DNA of 64,000 bases from an uncultured Gammaproteobacteria bacterium. Its GTDB lineage: Bacteria > Pseudomonadota > Gammaproteobacteria > JAADHQ01. The DNA lies in assembly GCA_947258655.1 (NCBI GenBank), contig CAMYJD010000001.1, positions 17,242 to 81,241 of the forward strand, in the 5' to 3' direction. The position numbers and the translations under genes were made by a program. This document shows, one piece after another, positions 10,506 through 21,495 of this stretch (the stretch's first letter is position 1; each line of letters starts with the position of its first letter). A model generated the notes under the pieces. That model ran no database searches, was not told where the DNA came from, and saw nothing but the letters and a program-made list of their open reading frames with translations.

Positions 10506-12767
10506 TCAGCTTTCCAGCAATTCCTCGTCTTCATATTCCAGCACCAGATCACCCTCCTTAACGGTTACGTGAATATGACCACCATGTGCAAGTTTGCCAA
10601 ACAGCAGCTCTTCTGCCAGCGGTTTCTTAATGTGATCACTGATTAGACGCGCCATCGGCCGTGCACCCATCTTCGGGTCATAGCCATGTTCCGCTATCCA
10701 GTTACGGGCCTTCATGTCGATATCGATACTGGCCTTCTTCTGTTCCAGTTGTGTCTCCAGTTCGATGATGAATTTATCGACCACATGTCCGATATGGCTT
10801 TTATCCAGTGACTGAAACTGGATGACCGCATCGAGACGATTTCTGAATTCAGGTGTAAATGCCTTTTTGATCGCCTCCATACCATCGCTGGAGTGGTCCT
10901 GACGGGTAAAGCCTATGGATTCCCTGCTGATTCTGTCAGCACCGGCATTGGTAGTCATGACCAGTACGACATTACGAAAATCAGCACTGCGTCCATTATT
11001 GTCTGTCAGCGTGCCATGGTCCATGACCTGCAATAACAGATTAAAGACATCCGGATGTGCCTTCTCGATTTCATCCAGCAATAAGACCGCATGGGGGTGC
11101 TTAATGACTGCATCGGTCAGCAGGCCACCCTGGTCGAAGCCAACATAACCCGGTGGCGCACCAATCAACCGCGATACGGTGTGACGCTCCATATACTCGG
11201 ACATATCAAAGCGAATCAGTTCAATGCCCATAATCTTGGCCAGTTGGCGTGTCACCTCGGTCTTGCCGACACCTGTCGGTCCCGCAAACAGGAAAGAACC
11301 AATCGGCTTTTCTTCATTACCAAGACCTGAACGCGACATCTTGATCGCTGCCGACAATGCCTCGATAGCATTATCCTGTCCGTACACAACCAGTTTGAGA
11401 TCCCGCTCCAGATTGCGCATCGCATCCAGGTCAGTAACGGAAACACTCTTCGGTGGAATTCGTGCAATCTTGGCTATGATATTTTCGATATCGGTGACGC
11501 CAATTGTCTTCTTGCGTTTTGATGGCGGTTGCAGTTGCATATTGGCCCCGGCCTCATCGATGACATCAATCGCCTTATCAGGGAGGTGCCTGTCATTTAT
11601 ATAACGCTCGGATAATTCGACTGCAACGCGTAATGCCTTCGGCGAGTATTTGATCTTGTGATGTTCCTCAAAACGGCTTTTCAATCCTTTCAGGATCTTG
11701 ACCGTATCTTCGATACTGGGCTCCTCAACGTCAATCTTCTGGAAACGTCTTGCCAGCGCCCTGTCCTTCTCAAATATGCCCCGGTATTCCTGATAAGTCG
11801 TCGATCCTATGCATTTGAGTGTGCCATTTGCCAACATTGGCTTGATCAGGTTGGAGGCATCCATAACACCTCCGCTTGCCGAGCCCGCACCAATAATGGT
11901 ATGAATCTCATCAATAAACAAAACAGCGCCATGTTCTTTTTTCAACTGTGCCAACACAGCTTTCAGGCGCTTCTCAAAATCACCCCGGTATTTAGTGCCG
12001 GCTACCAACGCGCCCAGATCAAGTGAATATATAGTGCTGTCTGACAGCACCTCGGGTACCTGTTTATCGACGATCATCTTTGCCAGGCCTTCAGCTATGG
12101 CGGTCTTGCCTACTCCGGCCTCTCCAACCAGGATCGGATTATTCTTCCTGCGTCGGCACAGGATCTGTACGGTTCTTTCTACTTCCTGTTCACGGCCGAT
12201 CAGAGGGTCAATCTTGCCCTGTATCGCCAACTGGTTAAGGTTTTCAGCGAAGGACTCCAGTGCAGATTTACTGCTTTCCTGAACCTGCGAGTCTTCTTCG
12301 ACAAGATCGTCGCTGCTGCCAGCACCATCCTCCCCAATTTTGGAAATGCCATGAGAAATATAATTAACGACATCCAGCCTGGAGATATTTTGCTTGTTCA
12401 GGAAATATACGGCCTGCGATTCCTGTTCACTGTAAATAGCGACCAGGACATTGGCGCCGGTCACCTCTTCATGACCGGAAGATTGCACATGTAATACTGC
12501 ACGTTGGAGGACGCGCTGAAATCCCAACGTGGGCTGGGTCTCGCGTAAATCATTCGGGCCGAGCACCGGCGTTGTTTCCTCGAGAAAATTTTTCAGTTCG
12601 GATTTAAGCTGATCAAGATCGGTACCACATGCCCTGAGCACTTCGGCCGCCGTCGGATTGTCCGTTAAGGACAACAGCAGATGCTCCACTGTCATGAATT
12701 CATAGCGCCTCTCTCTGGCCTCATTAAAAGCCTGGTTAAGGGTAAATTCCAGTTCTTTGCTCAGCAT
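10506..12767 (-). CDS. clpA: ATP-dependent Clp protease ATP-binding subunit ClpA
   Basis: 753 aa. Two AAA+ modules (Walker A 'GEAGVGKT' and 'GPTGVGKT') and a ClpA-type N domain. Adjacent to clpS. Confidence 0.97.
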   Translation of the reverse strand: MLSKELEFTLNQAFNEARERRYEFMTVEHLLLSLTDNPTAAEVLRACGTDLDQLKSELKNFLEETTPVLGPNDLRETQPTLGFQRVLQRAVLHVQSSGHEEVTGANVLVAIYSEQESQAVYFLNKQNISRLDVVNYISHGISKIGEDGAGSSDDLVEEDSQVQESSKSALESFAENLNQLAIQGKIDPLIGREQEVERTVQILCRRRKNNPILVGEAGVGKTAIAEGLAKMIVDKQVPEVLSDSTIYSLDLGALVAGTKYRGDFEKRLKAVLAQLKKEHGAVLFIDEIHTIIGAGSASGGVMDASNLIKPMLANGTLKCIGSTTYQEYRGIFEKDRALARRFQKIDVEEPSIEDTVKILKGLKSRFEEHHKIKYSPKALRVAVELSERYINDRHLPDKAIDVIDEAGANMQLQPPSKRKKTIGVTDIENIIAKIARIPPKSVSVTDLDAMRNLERDLKLVVYGQDNAIEALSAAIKMSRSGLGNEEKPIGSFLFAGPTGVGKTEVTRQLAKIMGIELIRFDMSEYMERHTVSRLIGAPPGYVGFDQGGLLTDAVIKHPHAVLLLDEIEKAHPDVFNLLLQVMDHGTLTDNNGRSADFRNVVLVMTTNAGADRISRESIGFTRQDHSSDGMEAIKKAFTPEFRNRLDAVIQFQSLDKSHIGHVVDKFIIELETQLEQKKASIDIDMKARNWIAEHGYDPKMGARPMARLISDHIKKPLAEELLFGKLAHGGHIHVTVKEGDLVLEYEDEELLES

Positions 12768-12788
12768 ATCAGCACCATCACTTTTAAA

Positions 12789-13109
12789 TCAGGCCGTCTC
12801 CATTGCGCATAACAATGGATGTTGATGAGTTCGAGAATATTCATTAACCTGCGCAACCTTGGTTTCAGCAACATCTCTGGTAAATAAACCGCAGACACCC
12901 TTGCCGCGGGTATGAACATGCAGCATGATCTGGGTCGCCTTTTCCCTGTTCATGGAGAAGAACTTTTCCAGTATCTGTACTACAAACTCCATAGGAGTGT
13001 AATCGTCATTATGAATAATGACTTTATACATCGGCGGTACTTTTAAATCCGGTCGCGCCTCTTCCAGCGCAGTATCATCACCTGATGAAGACTTCTTTAT
13101 ATTACTCAT
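12789..13109 (-). CDS. clpS: ATP-dependent Clp protease adaptor ClpS
   Basis: 106 aa, '[24 protein letters not shown]'. Lies upstream of clpA. Confidence 0.95.
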   Translation of the reverse strand: MSNIKKSSSGDDTALEEARPDLKVPPMYKVIIHNDDYTPMEFVVQILEKFFSMNREKATQIMLHVHTRGKGVCGLFTRDVAETKVAQVNEYSRTHQHPLLCAMETA

Positions 13110-13376
13110 ATCAATAATTCTAATACAATTTTTTCAATTTTCACGATTCTGAATCCACATAACACTCAAACTTTTGCTGCGCTTTCATAATAACAGAATC
13201 AGGCCCATGTTATAGCGCTTGTGACTTAACCTTTAATTAATTATGGTTAAGCATAAATTAATACTTGACTAATATACTCCGAGGAATAAAGTGTATGGTA
13301 CAGGTCACCTATAATTACATCAAACCTGTAGGGAGTAATGGTGTCATCCTGTACAAATTTCAAGATCGACATCATT

Positions 13377-13404
13377 TGATTAAAGGCTATTGATTAAAGG
13401 CTAT
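13377..13404 (+). repeat. Perfect tandem duplication of a 14-nt unit in the cspD 5' leader
   Basis: 'tgattaaaggctat' occurs twice back to back, at 13377-13390 and 13391-13404. A sigma70-like promoter ('ttgact'...'tataat') lies about 100 nt upstream. Confidence 0.6.
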
Positions 13405-13438
13405 CTAGCCGATCGCAACAACAAGAGGTGGAAGTCAC

Positions 13439-13645
13439 ATGGCATCTGGAACGGTCAAATGGTTTAGTAATTCAAAAGGATATGGCTTCATCATGTCAGC
13501 CGATACCGATGAAGATATTTTTGCTCATTTTTCTGCCATTGAAATGGATGGGTATAAAACCCTGAAGCAGGGCCAACCCGTCGAATTCGATGTCACCGAA
13601 GGACCAAAGGGCTTAACCGCAACAAAAATCCGCTTGCCGAATTAG
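13439..13645 (+). CDS. cspD: Cold-shock domain protein (CspD-like)
   Basis: 68 aa, 'GTVKWFSNSKGYGFI' RNP motifs. Divergent from clpS, as in E. coli. Confidence 0.88.
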   Translation: MASGTVKWFSNSKGYGFIMSADTDEDIFAHFSAIEMDGYKTLKQGQPVEFDVTEGPKGLTATKIRLPN

Positions 13646-13667
13646 CTGGCCCGGTGAAACATATATT

Positions 13668-13694
13668 CCCGGATCGCTGATAGACTGATCCGGG
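13668..13694. terminator. Hairpin between the convergent cspD and GGDEF-EAL genes; candidate bidirectional terminator
   Basis: 'cccggatc'-N11-'gatccggg', an 8-bp stem. A second hairpin, 'gccattaa...ttaatggc', lies about 25 nt downstream. Confidence 0.45.
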
Positions 13695-13824
13695 CTTCAG
13701 ATAGATAGCTGCCATTAAAGATACTGTTAATGGCCATAGTCTCTTTTGCTCCAATATAAACTCATTCGCAACGGTGCTGTATTATTCTTAAGCATCTCGA
13801 GTCAATGCATGCACGGGCATGTCG

Positions 13825-16704
13825 TCAACGGATAGGAATCACCGAAGCCGGAGATTGATCGACTATCTGCTCAACGGGCTTGCCCGTATAATAGCCCTGT
13901 ATATAATCTACCCCGATCTCCTGCAACAGCGATAGTACCGCGGCATTCTCGACAAACTCTGCAATCGTTTGCTTGCCCATCACATGGGCAATCTCGTTCA
14001 TTGATTTAACCATGGCCCGGTTAAAGTCGTTATGGTCCATATCCTTGACGAATGCGCCATCGATCTTGACAAAATCGGCAGGCAGGTCCTTCAAATAGGC
14101 ATAGGAGGAATAACCTGCGCCATAATCATCCAGCGCGGTTTTACAACCCAGGTCTCTGAGGTATTGTAGAAACTGCGTTGCTTTGTGCATATGCGAAATG
14201 GCATTGCTCTCGGTTATTTCAAATATCAAACGACTGGGAGACACACTACTCTCCTCCAGAGCCTTTTCAATAATCTTGATAATGCTGAAATCGCCGATTG
14301 ATTGTGCAGACATATTGATTGAAAATCTTAACTGTCGTCCTTGTCGCTGATATTTTGATAACAGATTAATCGCATTCCTGATCACCCAGATATCAATATC
14401 CCTCATTAGATTAAAACGCTCGGAGGATGGCAAAAATCCAGAAGGCATCAGTAATTGCTTGTTCTCACCCAGCATCCTGATCAGGACTTCATAACAATAA
14501 ATGTCTTTATTATCTGCTGTTTTTATTGGCTGCATAACCAGGCGGAAATTATCATTACGGATCGCCTCCTTGATCGATTGCGCCAGCCCCATTTGCCCGC
14601 GTAATTGATCCTTGTCTCGACTATCATCCTGGCTAAAGACATAAACACGGTTGCGTCCCAACTGTTTTGCCATCTGACAGGCGAAATCGGCACGGGTAAT
14701 AAATTCATCCGTACCCCTGACATCTTCAACTAGCATCGATACACCGATGGTACAACCAACATCGAGCACCTTACCCTGCTCATAAAATGTAAAATCGGCA
14801 ATCATCGACTGGTATTTATGCGCCACATCGCTGGCCAGTTTCTGGTCCAGGTTATAGAGAATAACTGCAAACTCGTCACCACCCAGCCTTGCCAGTAGAT
14901 CGCCCTTGCGCACTTTGGACTTGAGTAGACTGGAAACCTCGATCAAAACCTTGTCACCGGCATTGTGTCCATAGGAATCATTGACCATTTTGAAATTATC
15001 CAGATCGATAAACAACAGGGCGCAGTCGGGCACATTTTTCCTGTTTGCCCGGTCAACCAGACGTTCCAGTTCTTCGGTGAAATAGCGCCGGTTATACAAG
15101 CCGGTTAATGAATCCTTATCCGCCAGGTTTTGCAGGCGGTTGGTCAGTGCCTTTTGGTCAGTAATATCCGACACCAGCGATATATAATAGACCAGGCCAT
15201 GATGTATCATTCTACTCGTCTTGATAGATAAAAACCGCTCCCCACGCTCGTTGCACATCTTGACTTCGGAGAACTCCTGTCCGTTGTGGGGCTGTTTCGT
15301 CCATAGAGACATCCATTCGGCTTCGCTGGTTTCAGCCGCATCGCGTGACAAAATCGACACTGATTTCCCTATTACTTCAAGTTTAGGTCTGGTGAACAGT
15401 TCTTCTGCCGCCGGATTGAATGATTCGATAACACCCTGGGCATTCGTTATCACGATTCCCTCTACAGCGTTTTGCATGATAGATTGCAAACGTAATTGCC
15501 GGCTATCCACCTGCTCTTTCATGTTATTAAAGGCAGCAATCAGTAATTCCGACTCGGCTGAAAAATAATGTCGCAGCGAAATTTCATATTCGTCATTCCT
15601 GCCCTGGGCATCGAGCGCCCTGGCTACTTCGAATAGCGGCTGTCTAATGGTTTTTTCAAACGCCAGGTAGGCCAGCATAATCAACGCATAAACAATGATG
15701 ACAAACCACCAGATATACGATGAAACCGTTGTCGATGTTTGCTGGGATAACTGCACGCGCTGCCGCAGCCTCGATGATAAAATCTTCTCGATTGATCCCA
15801 GTACGGCAAGACTCTGCGACACACGTGGTTCTATTGTATTTTCGAGAAAATAGACATCCGCGCGCCAGGCCTCATCCATAAAGGCATCGACGGTTTTACT
15901 GAACACATGACCATATTTTGAACTGGTCAGGATCATTTCATCAACCGCGCGCTTGAACATAATCGCACGATCGACCTGATAAGAGATGTCACGGATTTCA
16001 TCCAGCAATTCATCCACTCTGTCGCCATACACATTCACGGACAGGATATTATTCGGTAATACCGTCTCAAGATCACCAAATGTACCACTGCGATTGGCGA
16101 CGAACAGGCGCACTTCGCTAATGCGTCTGGTCCAGGCATAACGAATCCTGTCCAGCATCGCCAGCATCCGCGTGCTATTTACTCCGCCGATATCAGAGAT
16201 CTCGTCACTGGCTGCCTCCAGTTGCTCGGAAAAATAGAGGTTCAGGGGCTGTAATTCGTCCAGCATGATCGCAACGGCCGGATATCGTGTCCGCGCATCA
16301 CGTTGCATATCGATAATTTTATCGACGTCTGCACTGAGCCTGGTCAGTATGGCATTATGCTGCTGCGTATAGGATTTGACGTCCGCAGAAAGCTCCTGTA
16401 TCTGGCCAGTCTGAAAGTGAGCGGATAAGTCCTTAAGTACTGTTAACGTATCCAGTGTTGCTGTCTTTAGCTCGGGAGTCAGTAATAGTGTGTACTGGTA
16501 CAATAAACTATTCAGGCGCAGATATTGATCATTGATGGCCTTGAGCGCAGCGCTGGCAGTATTATACTCGCTGATCAATGCAGTGCCCGTACGGGTATCA
16601 TCACGAACAATTTGGCTGGTATAGATAGCCATCACCAGCATACCCAAAGCCAGCATGACGGCGACAACGACAAAACGACCTTTAAAACTGTGTAGTATCG
16701 ACAT
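13825..16704 (-). CDS. Membrane sensor diguanylate cyclase/phosphodiesterase: periplasmic sensor, TM, PAS, GGDEF, EAL
   Basis: 959 aa. N-terminal TM helix, a large extracytoplasmic region and a second TM. Then a PAS domain, a GGDEF-type motif 'RLGGDEF', and an EAL domain ('EITES...', 'DDYGAGYSS'). Confidence 0.85.
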   Translation of the reverse strand: MSILHSFKGRFVVVAVMLALGMLVMAIYTSQIVRDDTRTGTALISEYNTASAALKAINDQYLRLNSLLYQYTLLLTPELKTATLDTLTVLKDLSAHFQTGQIQELSADVKSYTQQHNAILTRLSADVDKIIDMQRDARTRYPAVAIMLDELQPLNLYFSEQLEAASDEISDIGGVNSTRMLAMLDRIRYAWTRRISEVRLFVANRSGTFGDLETVLPNNILSVNVYGDRVDELLDEIRDISYQVDRAIMFKRAVDEMILTSSKYGHVFSKTVDAFMDEAWRADVYFLENTIEPRVSQSLAVLGSIEKILSSRLRQRVQLSQQTSTTVSSYIWWFVIIVYALIMLAYLAFEKTIRQPLFEVARALDAQGRNDEYEISLRHYFSAESELLIAAFNNMKEQVDSRQLRLQSIMQNAVEGIVITNAQGVIESFNPAAEELFTRPKLEVIGKSVSILSRDAAETSEAEWMSLWTKQPHNGQEFSEVKMCNERGERFLSIKTSRMIHHGLVYYISLVSDITDQKALTNRLQNLADKDSLTGLYNRRYFTEELERLVDRANRKNVPDCALLFIDLDNFKMVNDSYGHNAGDKVLIEVSSLLKSKVRKGDLLARLGGDEFAVILYNLDQKLASDVAHKYQSMIADFTFYEQGKVLDVGCTIGVSMLVEDVRGTDEFITRADFACQMAKQLGRNRVYVFSQDDSRDKDQLRGQMGLAQSIKEAIRNDNFRLVMQPIKTADNKDIYCYEVLIRMLGENKQLLMPSGFLPSSERFNLMRDIDIWVIRNAINLLSKYQRQGRQLRFSINMSAQSIGDFSIIKIIEKALEESSVSPSRLIFEITESNAISHMHKATQFLQYLRDLGCKTALDDYGAGYSSYAYLKDLPADFVKIDGAFVKDMDHNDFNRAMVKSMNEIAHVMGKQTIAEFVENAAVLSLLQEIGVDYIQGYYTGKPVEQIVDQSPASVIPIR

Positions 16705-16932
16705 TCAGGATTACTGTCCGGCGTATGATTAAACCCGCCACAAATAGCAATGATTATAAAGATCCAGCTCTATTGCTGTTTTTCCGGGTTTTTGCCAAAT
16801 AGACCAATACATGATACAAAAACACCCAATTACAGCCAAGCCACTATTGTTAGCGACAAAATGGCCAACAAACTGAAATAGCTGGCTAACGTTTTTAAAC
16901 AATATTCATAATTATCCAACAATATCCCAGCC

Positions 16933-17379
16933 ATGACCAGGAAACCTCACGTTACCGTTGCTGCCATAGCACAAAAAAAGGGCAAATTCCTGATGGTAGA
17001 GGAATTAATCGATGGACGGATGCGCTACAACCAGCCTGCCGGACATCTTGAGCCGGGCGAGACACTGGTTGCGGCCGTTATTCGAGAAACGCTGGAAGAA
17101 ACCGCCTGGCATTTCAGGCCGGATTCGATTACGGGTATCTATCAGTGGCACAATGCAGAGAATGACACATCTTATGTCAGGTTCTGTTTTGCCGGCGCTT
17201 GCCTGCAACACGATCAACAACGCCCACTCGACACCGATATCCACCAGGCCATGTGGCTGAGTCTGGAAGAAATCGAAGATAGAAGTGATGCCCTGCGAAG
17301 CCCTATGGTCTTACACTGCCTGCGTGATTATGTGCATGGCTGTCGCCAGCCTTTATCGATCCTGACCGGACTTGAGTAG
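16933..17379 (+). CDS. NUDIX hydrolase
   Basis: 148 aa, Nudix box '[22 protein letters not shown]'. Adjacent to mnmA, as nudJ is in E. coli. Confidence 0.8.
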   Translation: MTRKPHVTVAAIAQKKGKFLMVEELIDGRMRYNQPAGHLEPGETLVAAVIRETLEETAWHFRPDSITGIYQWHNAENDTSYVRFCFAGACLQHDQQRPLDTDIHQAMWLSLEEIEDRSDALRSPMVLHCLRDYVHGCRQPLSILTGLE

Positions 17380-18458
17380 TGCAGCATAAGAATAAAATCA
17401 TCGTAGGAATGTCCGGTGGGGTCGATTCATCGGTCGCAGCCCTGCTGTTACTGCAACAGGGCTACGAGGTGGAAGGCCTGTTCATGAAAAACTGGGAGGA
17501 AGACGACACGGACAGCTTGTGCTCAGCAGCTGAGGACCTGAAGGATGCAACATCGGTATGTAACACGCTTGGCATCCCGTTACATAGCGTAAATTTCTCA
17601 ACCGAATACTGGGACCGCGTGTTTGAATATTTTCTGGCCGAATACCGTGCCGGGCGTACACCGAATCCAGATGTGATGTGCAACAAGGAGATTAAATTCA
17701 GGGCCTTTCTCGATTATGCCCTGCAACTGGGCGCCTCCGCCATCGCCACCGGTCACTATGCCCGTATCGATCGGCAACAGGGAAAATATCGCCTCAAAAA
17801 GGGCCTCGATCAGAGCAAGGACCAGAGTTATTTCCTCTATACGCTGGGGCAACAACAACTGGCTAATAGCCTGTTCCCTGTCGGCGAACTGGAAAAAACG
17901 GCCGTGCGTGCCATCGCTGCTGAAAATCGCTTTAGCAATGCGCGCAAGAAAGACAGCACCGGGATCTGTTTTATCGGCGAGAGAAATTTCAGGGAATTCC
18001 TGCAGACATACCTGCCTGCGCAACCGGGCGAAATACGCACAGCAGATAATCGATTGATCGGTACGCACCAGGGACTGATGTACTATACCCTTGGTCAACG
18101 CCAGGGCCTGGGCATTGGCGGGCAAAAACAGGGATCAGAAGAGCCCTGGTATGTGGTCGATAAATACCTTGATAATAATACGCTAATTGTTGCACAGGGA
18201 CATAATCATCCGCTTTTATTTAAAAACAAACTGATTGCTAAGGATTTGCATTGGATAGACGAAATAATGCCCAATGAACCATTTTTTTGTAGTGCCAAAA
18301 CCCGATACCGGCAACCAGACCAGGCCTGTGAGGTACTCCCACAGAACAGTGATTGCGTGCAAGTCGTATTCAGCGAAGCACAACGTGCTGTTACACCGGG
18401 ACAATCGGTTGTATTCTATCAGCAAGATATCTGCCTGGGCGGCGGTATTATCTGTTAA
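17379..18458 (+). CDS. mnmA: tRNA-specific 2-thiouridylase MnmA
   Basis: 359 aa, PP-loop '[14 protein letters not shown]'. GTG start overlaps the Nudix stop codon. Confidence 0.93.
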   Translation: MQHKNKIIVGMSGGVDSSVAALLLLQQGYEVEGLFMKNWEEDDTDSLCSAAEDLKDATSVCNTLGIPLHSVNFSTEYWDRVFEYFLAEYRAGRTPNPDVMCNKEIKFRAFLDYALQLGASAIATGHYARIDRQQGKYRLKKGLDQSKDQSYFLYTLGQQQLANSLFPVGELEKTAVRAIAAENRFSNARKKDSTGICFIGERNFREFLQTYLPAQPGEIRTADNRLIGTHQGLMYYTLGQRQGLGIGGQKQGSEEPWYVVDKYLDNNTLIVAQGHNHPLLFKNKLIAKDLHWIDEIMPNEPFFCSAKTRYRQPDQACEVLPQNSDCVQVVFSEAQRAVTPGQSVVFYQQDICLGGGIIC

Positions 18459-18492
18459 AAAACGACAAGCAACTATCAAAACCTAACCGACA

Positions 18493-19299
18493 ATGGATAT
18501 GCAACAACAGAATTCAGGCATCATCAAGGTCAACAACCTGGTATGCCACTATGGCGACCGTCAGATCCTCCATGATGTCAATCTGGACGTCAGGGAAGGC
18601 GAGATCATGGTGATCATGGGTGGTAGCGGCTCGGGGAAAACAACATTGCTGCGGAGCATATTGGGCCTCAACAGGCCTTCTAGTGGCAGCGTCCGCCTGA
18701 TGAACAAGGAAATCACATCCCTGTCCACACGTGAACTGTACAAGATCCGCCAGCAATTTGGTGTGTCATTCCAGGGTGGTGCGCTGTTCAGCTCGATGTC
18801 GGTCAAGGAGAACATCCAGCTACCCCTGTGTGAACATACTCAATTGGATCAGAAGACCATGGATATCATGTGCCGCCTCAAGCTGGAAGTGGTCAATCTA
18901 TCCGGATTCGAGGAACTTATGCCAGCTGAACTGTCGGGCGGCATGCTAAAAAGAGTCGCGCTGGCACGTGCAATTATCATGGATCCGAAGCTGCTGTTCT
19001 TTGATGAACCCTCGGCCGGCCTCGATCCGGTGGTTTCAGCAGAGCTGGATGAATTGATCATCAGGCTCAAGGATGCAATGAATATGACCATCGTCGTTGT
19101 CACCCATGAACTCGATAGCGCGTTCCGTATCGCCGATCGCATCACCGTTCTCGATCATGGTTCGGTACTGATCACCGGCAGCGTAGACGAAGTTAAGAGC
19201 TGTGATAACGAACGTGTGCAAAACCTGCTCAACCGTCGTCCTCGCAATGAAAGTATCGACGCCGATGAATACCTTAAACGACTGACAGGAAGCAAGTGA
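18493..19299 (+). CDS. mlaF: Phospholipid ABC transporter ATP-binding protein MlaF
   Basis: 268 aa. Walker A 'GGSGSGKTT' and ABC signature 'LSGGMLKRVALARA'. First gene of the mla cluster. Confidence 0.9.
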   Translation: MDMQQQNSGIIKVNNLVCHYGDRQILHDVNLDVREGEIMVIMGGSGSGKTTLLRSILGLNRPSSGSVRLMNKEITSLSTRELYKIRQQFGVSFQGGALFSSMSVKENIQLPLCEHTQLDQKTMDIMCRLKLEVVNLSGFEELMPAELSGGMLKRVALARAIIMDPKLLFFDEPSAGLDPVVSAELDELIIRLKDAMNMTIVVVTHELDSAFRIADRITVLDHGSVLITGSVDEVKSCDNERVQNLLNRRPRNESIDADEYLKRLTGSK

Positions 19300-20090
19300 T
19301 GATTCGCAGACCCATAGAAAAACTCGGTCGGGAGATCATCGATTTCACCCATACCACTGGGATGATGGGCATCTTTCTGTTTCAGTGCCTGTGGCACGTA
19401 TTCACACCGCCGCACAAATTACATGCGATTATCAAGCAAACCTATTTTATTGGCTCACGCTCCAGCGTGGTGATTATTTTTACCGGTATGTTTACCGGCA
19501 TGGTTCTGGCCTTGCAAGGCTACCATAACCTGAAAGACTTCGGCTCTACCGACCTGCTTGGTTCCGCGGTCGGGCTTGGGCTGATCCAGGAACTCGGCCC
19601 GGTGTTAACGGCATTAATGGTGATAGGCAGGGCCGGTTCGGCAATGTGTGCCGAAATCGGCATTATGCGTCATTCGGAACAGATTGATGCACTGGAATGT
19701 ATGGGTATAGATCCATACCGTTTCCTGATGGTACCGAAATTCATCGCGGCCTTGCTGTCATTGCCGATCCTGACCTTCCTGTTCGACGTGGTCGGCATAC
19801 TCGGCGGTTACCTTGTCGGCGTGCAACTGATGGGTATCAGTGAAGGATCATATTTTCAGGGCATGTATGATTCGGTCGACTGGGTCGATGTACAACTGGG
19901 TTTCGTCAAATCCATGATCTTTGCAATACTGATAGTCTGGATTGCAACCTTCAAGGGCTATTTTCTTCATGTTCTGAAGTCAGGTGGCCACGGCGCTGAA
20001 GGTGTCAGTCGGGTTACGACAGACACCGTGGTACTTTCATCGGTGATCATCCTTGCCAGTGACTTTTTGATTGGCTCAATCATGTTGTAG
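19296..20090 (+). CDS. mlaE: Phospholipid ABC transporter permease MlaE
   Basis: 264 aa polytopic membrane protein. Overlaps the mlaF stop by 4 nt. Confidence 0.9.
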   Translation: MMIRRPIEKLGREIIDFTHTTGMMGIFLFQCLWHVFTPPHKLHAIIKQTYFIGSRSSVVIIFTGMFTGMVLALQGYHNLKDFGSTDLLGSAVGLGLIQELGPVLTALMVIGRAGSAMCAEIGIMRHSEQIDALECMGIDPYRFLMVPKFIAALLSLPILTFLFDVVGILGGYLVGVQLMGISEGSYFQGMYDSVDWVDVQLGFVKSMIFAILIVWIATFKGYFLHVLKSGGHGAEGVSRVTTDTVVLSSVIILASDFLIGSIML

Positions 20091-20148
20091 CATTACCTTT
20101 TGATATAACAGTAATTAGCAGAAAACAGAATATTCAGGGAAACGTACT

Positions 20149-20598
20149 ATGAAAAAATCCACGCTTGAGTTGACCGTAGGTGCATTCATGATTATTGGTC
20201 TGGTCTGTTTTTCCTACCTGGCCGTTATTGTCGGTGGCGTAGACTGGTTTAATGACGAAAGTTACCGTGTCAAGGCACGCTTCAATTCCATATCGGGTCT
20301 CAAACAGGGTGCCGTCGTCGAGATCGCCGGCGTCAAGGTCGGCAAGGTTGAGAATATCGACCTTGATAATGGTGAATATGAAGCCGTGGTGGAACTTTCC
20401 CTGCAAAACGGCGTTCAACTACAGGAAGACAGTATTGCTTCGATACGAACCGCCGGAATTATTGGTGATCGTTTTGTCAATATCAAACCGGGGGGTTTAG
20501 AAGATTTGATCGAGCCGGGGGGAATGATCGTTGAAACCGAGTCAGCGATCAGTCTGGAAGAACTAATCAGTAAATACATTTTTGAAAGTGAAAACTAA
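20149..20598 (+). CDS. mlaD: MCE-domain periplasmic protein MlaD
   Basis: 149 aa. N-terminal transmembrane anchor followed by an MCE domain. Confidence 0.85.
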   Translation: MKKSTLELTVGAFMIIGLVCFSYLAVIVGGVDWFNDESYRVKARFNSISGLKQGAVVEIAGVKVGKVENIDLDNGEYEAVVELSLQNGVQLQEDSIASIRTAGIIGDRFVNIKPGGLEDLIEPGGMIVETESAISLEELISKYIFESEN

Positions 20599-20599
20599 T

Positions 20600-21385
20600 A
20601 TGAATAAGCGGCGCTACACTCTCGCGAACGCTCTGACCTGGCCGGGCATCATTATGCTGCTGATAATGTTGTCACCCGCAAGCTATGCACAGGAAAAAAC
20701 CGGGACGGCAACACCGGGTAGTACAAAAGTCGAAATCGTTGAGGAAGATTTTACCGAAGATGAGGATATCATCGAGGTGTCCGATCCGCTGGAATCATTT
20801 AACCGGGCAATGTTCACATTCAATGACAAGGCCTATGTCCATGTCCTCAAACCAATCGCTGTCGGTTATCGCAATATTGTACCGGAAAAAGGCCGAGTAT
20901 CGATGAGTAATTTTTTCAGTAATCTACTCGCCCCGGTCAGGATCGTCAATGCCACGCTGCAACTGAAAGGAGAAGATGCCAGCAATGAATTCGTGCGTTT
21001 TATGGTTAATACGACATTAGGGCTTGCCGGGCTGTTCGATGTTGCCAAAAGCGATTTCAAAATCAGCATCAAACGAGAGGATTTTGGCCAGACCCTGGGA
21101 CATTATGGTGTCGACAATGGCCCTTACCTGGTGATTCCATTCCTCGGACCATCGACGCTGCGTGACGGTGTTGGACTGCTGGTGGACGGGTTTGCCCTGG
21201 ATCCGCTGGGCTATATATTCGAAGACGAGACGGGACAGTATGTGGCCGCCAAACTGGTCGATATCGAGACCGATTTATCGCTCGACAAGGATACCTATGA
21301 GGCAATCAAGGAAGATTCCCTGGATCCCTATGTATTTTTGCGCAATGCCTACATACAATTCAGGGCTGGGGCCGTTGCAAAATAG
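20600..21385 (+). CDS. mlaA: MlaA/VacJ family protein. The ORF-track TTG start at 20582 is less likely than the ATG at 20600.
   Basis: VacJ-like core 'NRAMFTFNDKAYVHVLKPIAVGYRNIVP...NLLAPVRIVNATLQ'. The signal peptide ends 'ASYA-QE' with no lipobox cysteine. Confidence 0.8.
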   Translation: MNKRRYTLANALTWPGIIMLLIMLSPASYAQEKTGTATPGSTKVEIVEEDFTEDEDIIEVSDPLESFNRAMFTFNDKAYVHVLKPIAVGYRNIVPEKGRVSMSNFFSNLLAPVRIVNATLQLKGEDASNEFVRFMVNTTLGLAGLFDVAKSDFKISIKREDFGQTLGHYGVDNGPYLVIPFLGPSTLRDGVGLLVDGFALDPLGYIFEDETGQYVAAKLVDIETDLSLDKDTYEAIKEDSLDPYVFLRNAYIQFRAGAVAK

Positions 21386-21495
21386 AATTACCAACATATA
21401 AGGCACTATACTATAATTAATTTTATATTTACGAATGAATATACTTTGCCGTACAGACAATCAGTCGAGGCATGAAATAATAAGGAAAGGCATAC

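Noticed and set aside
17598-18125. 175-aa minus-strand ORF inside mnmA
   Set aside because: It lies antisense within a strongly supported gene, has no RBS and has low-complexity composition. Shadow ORF.
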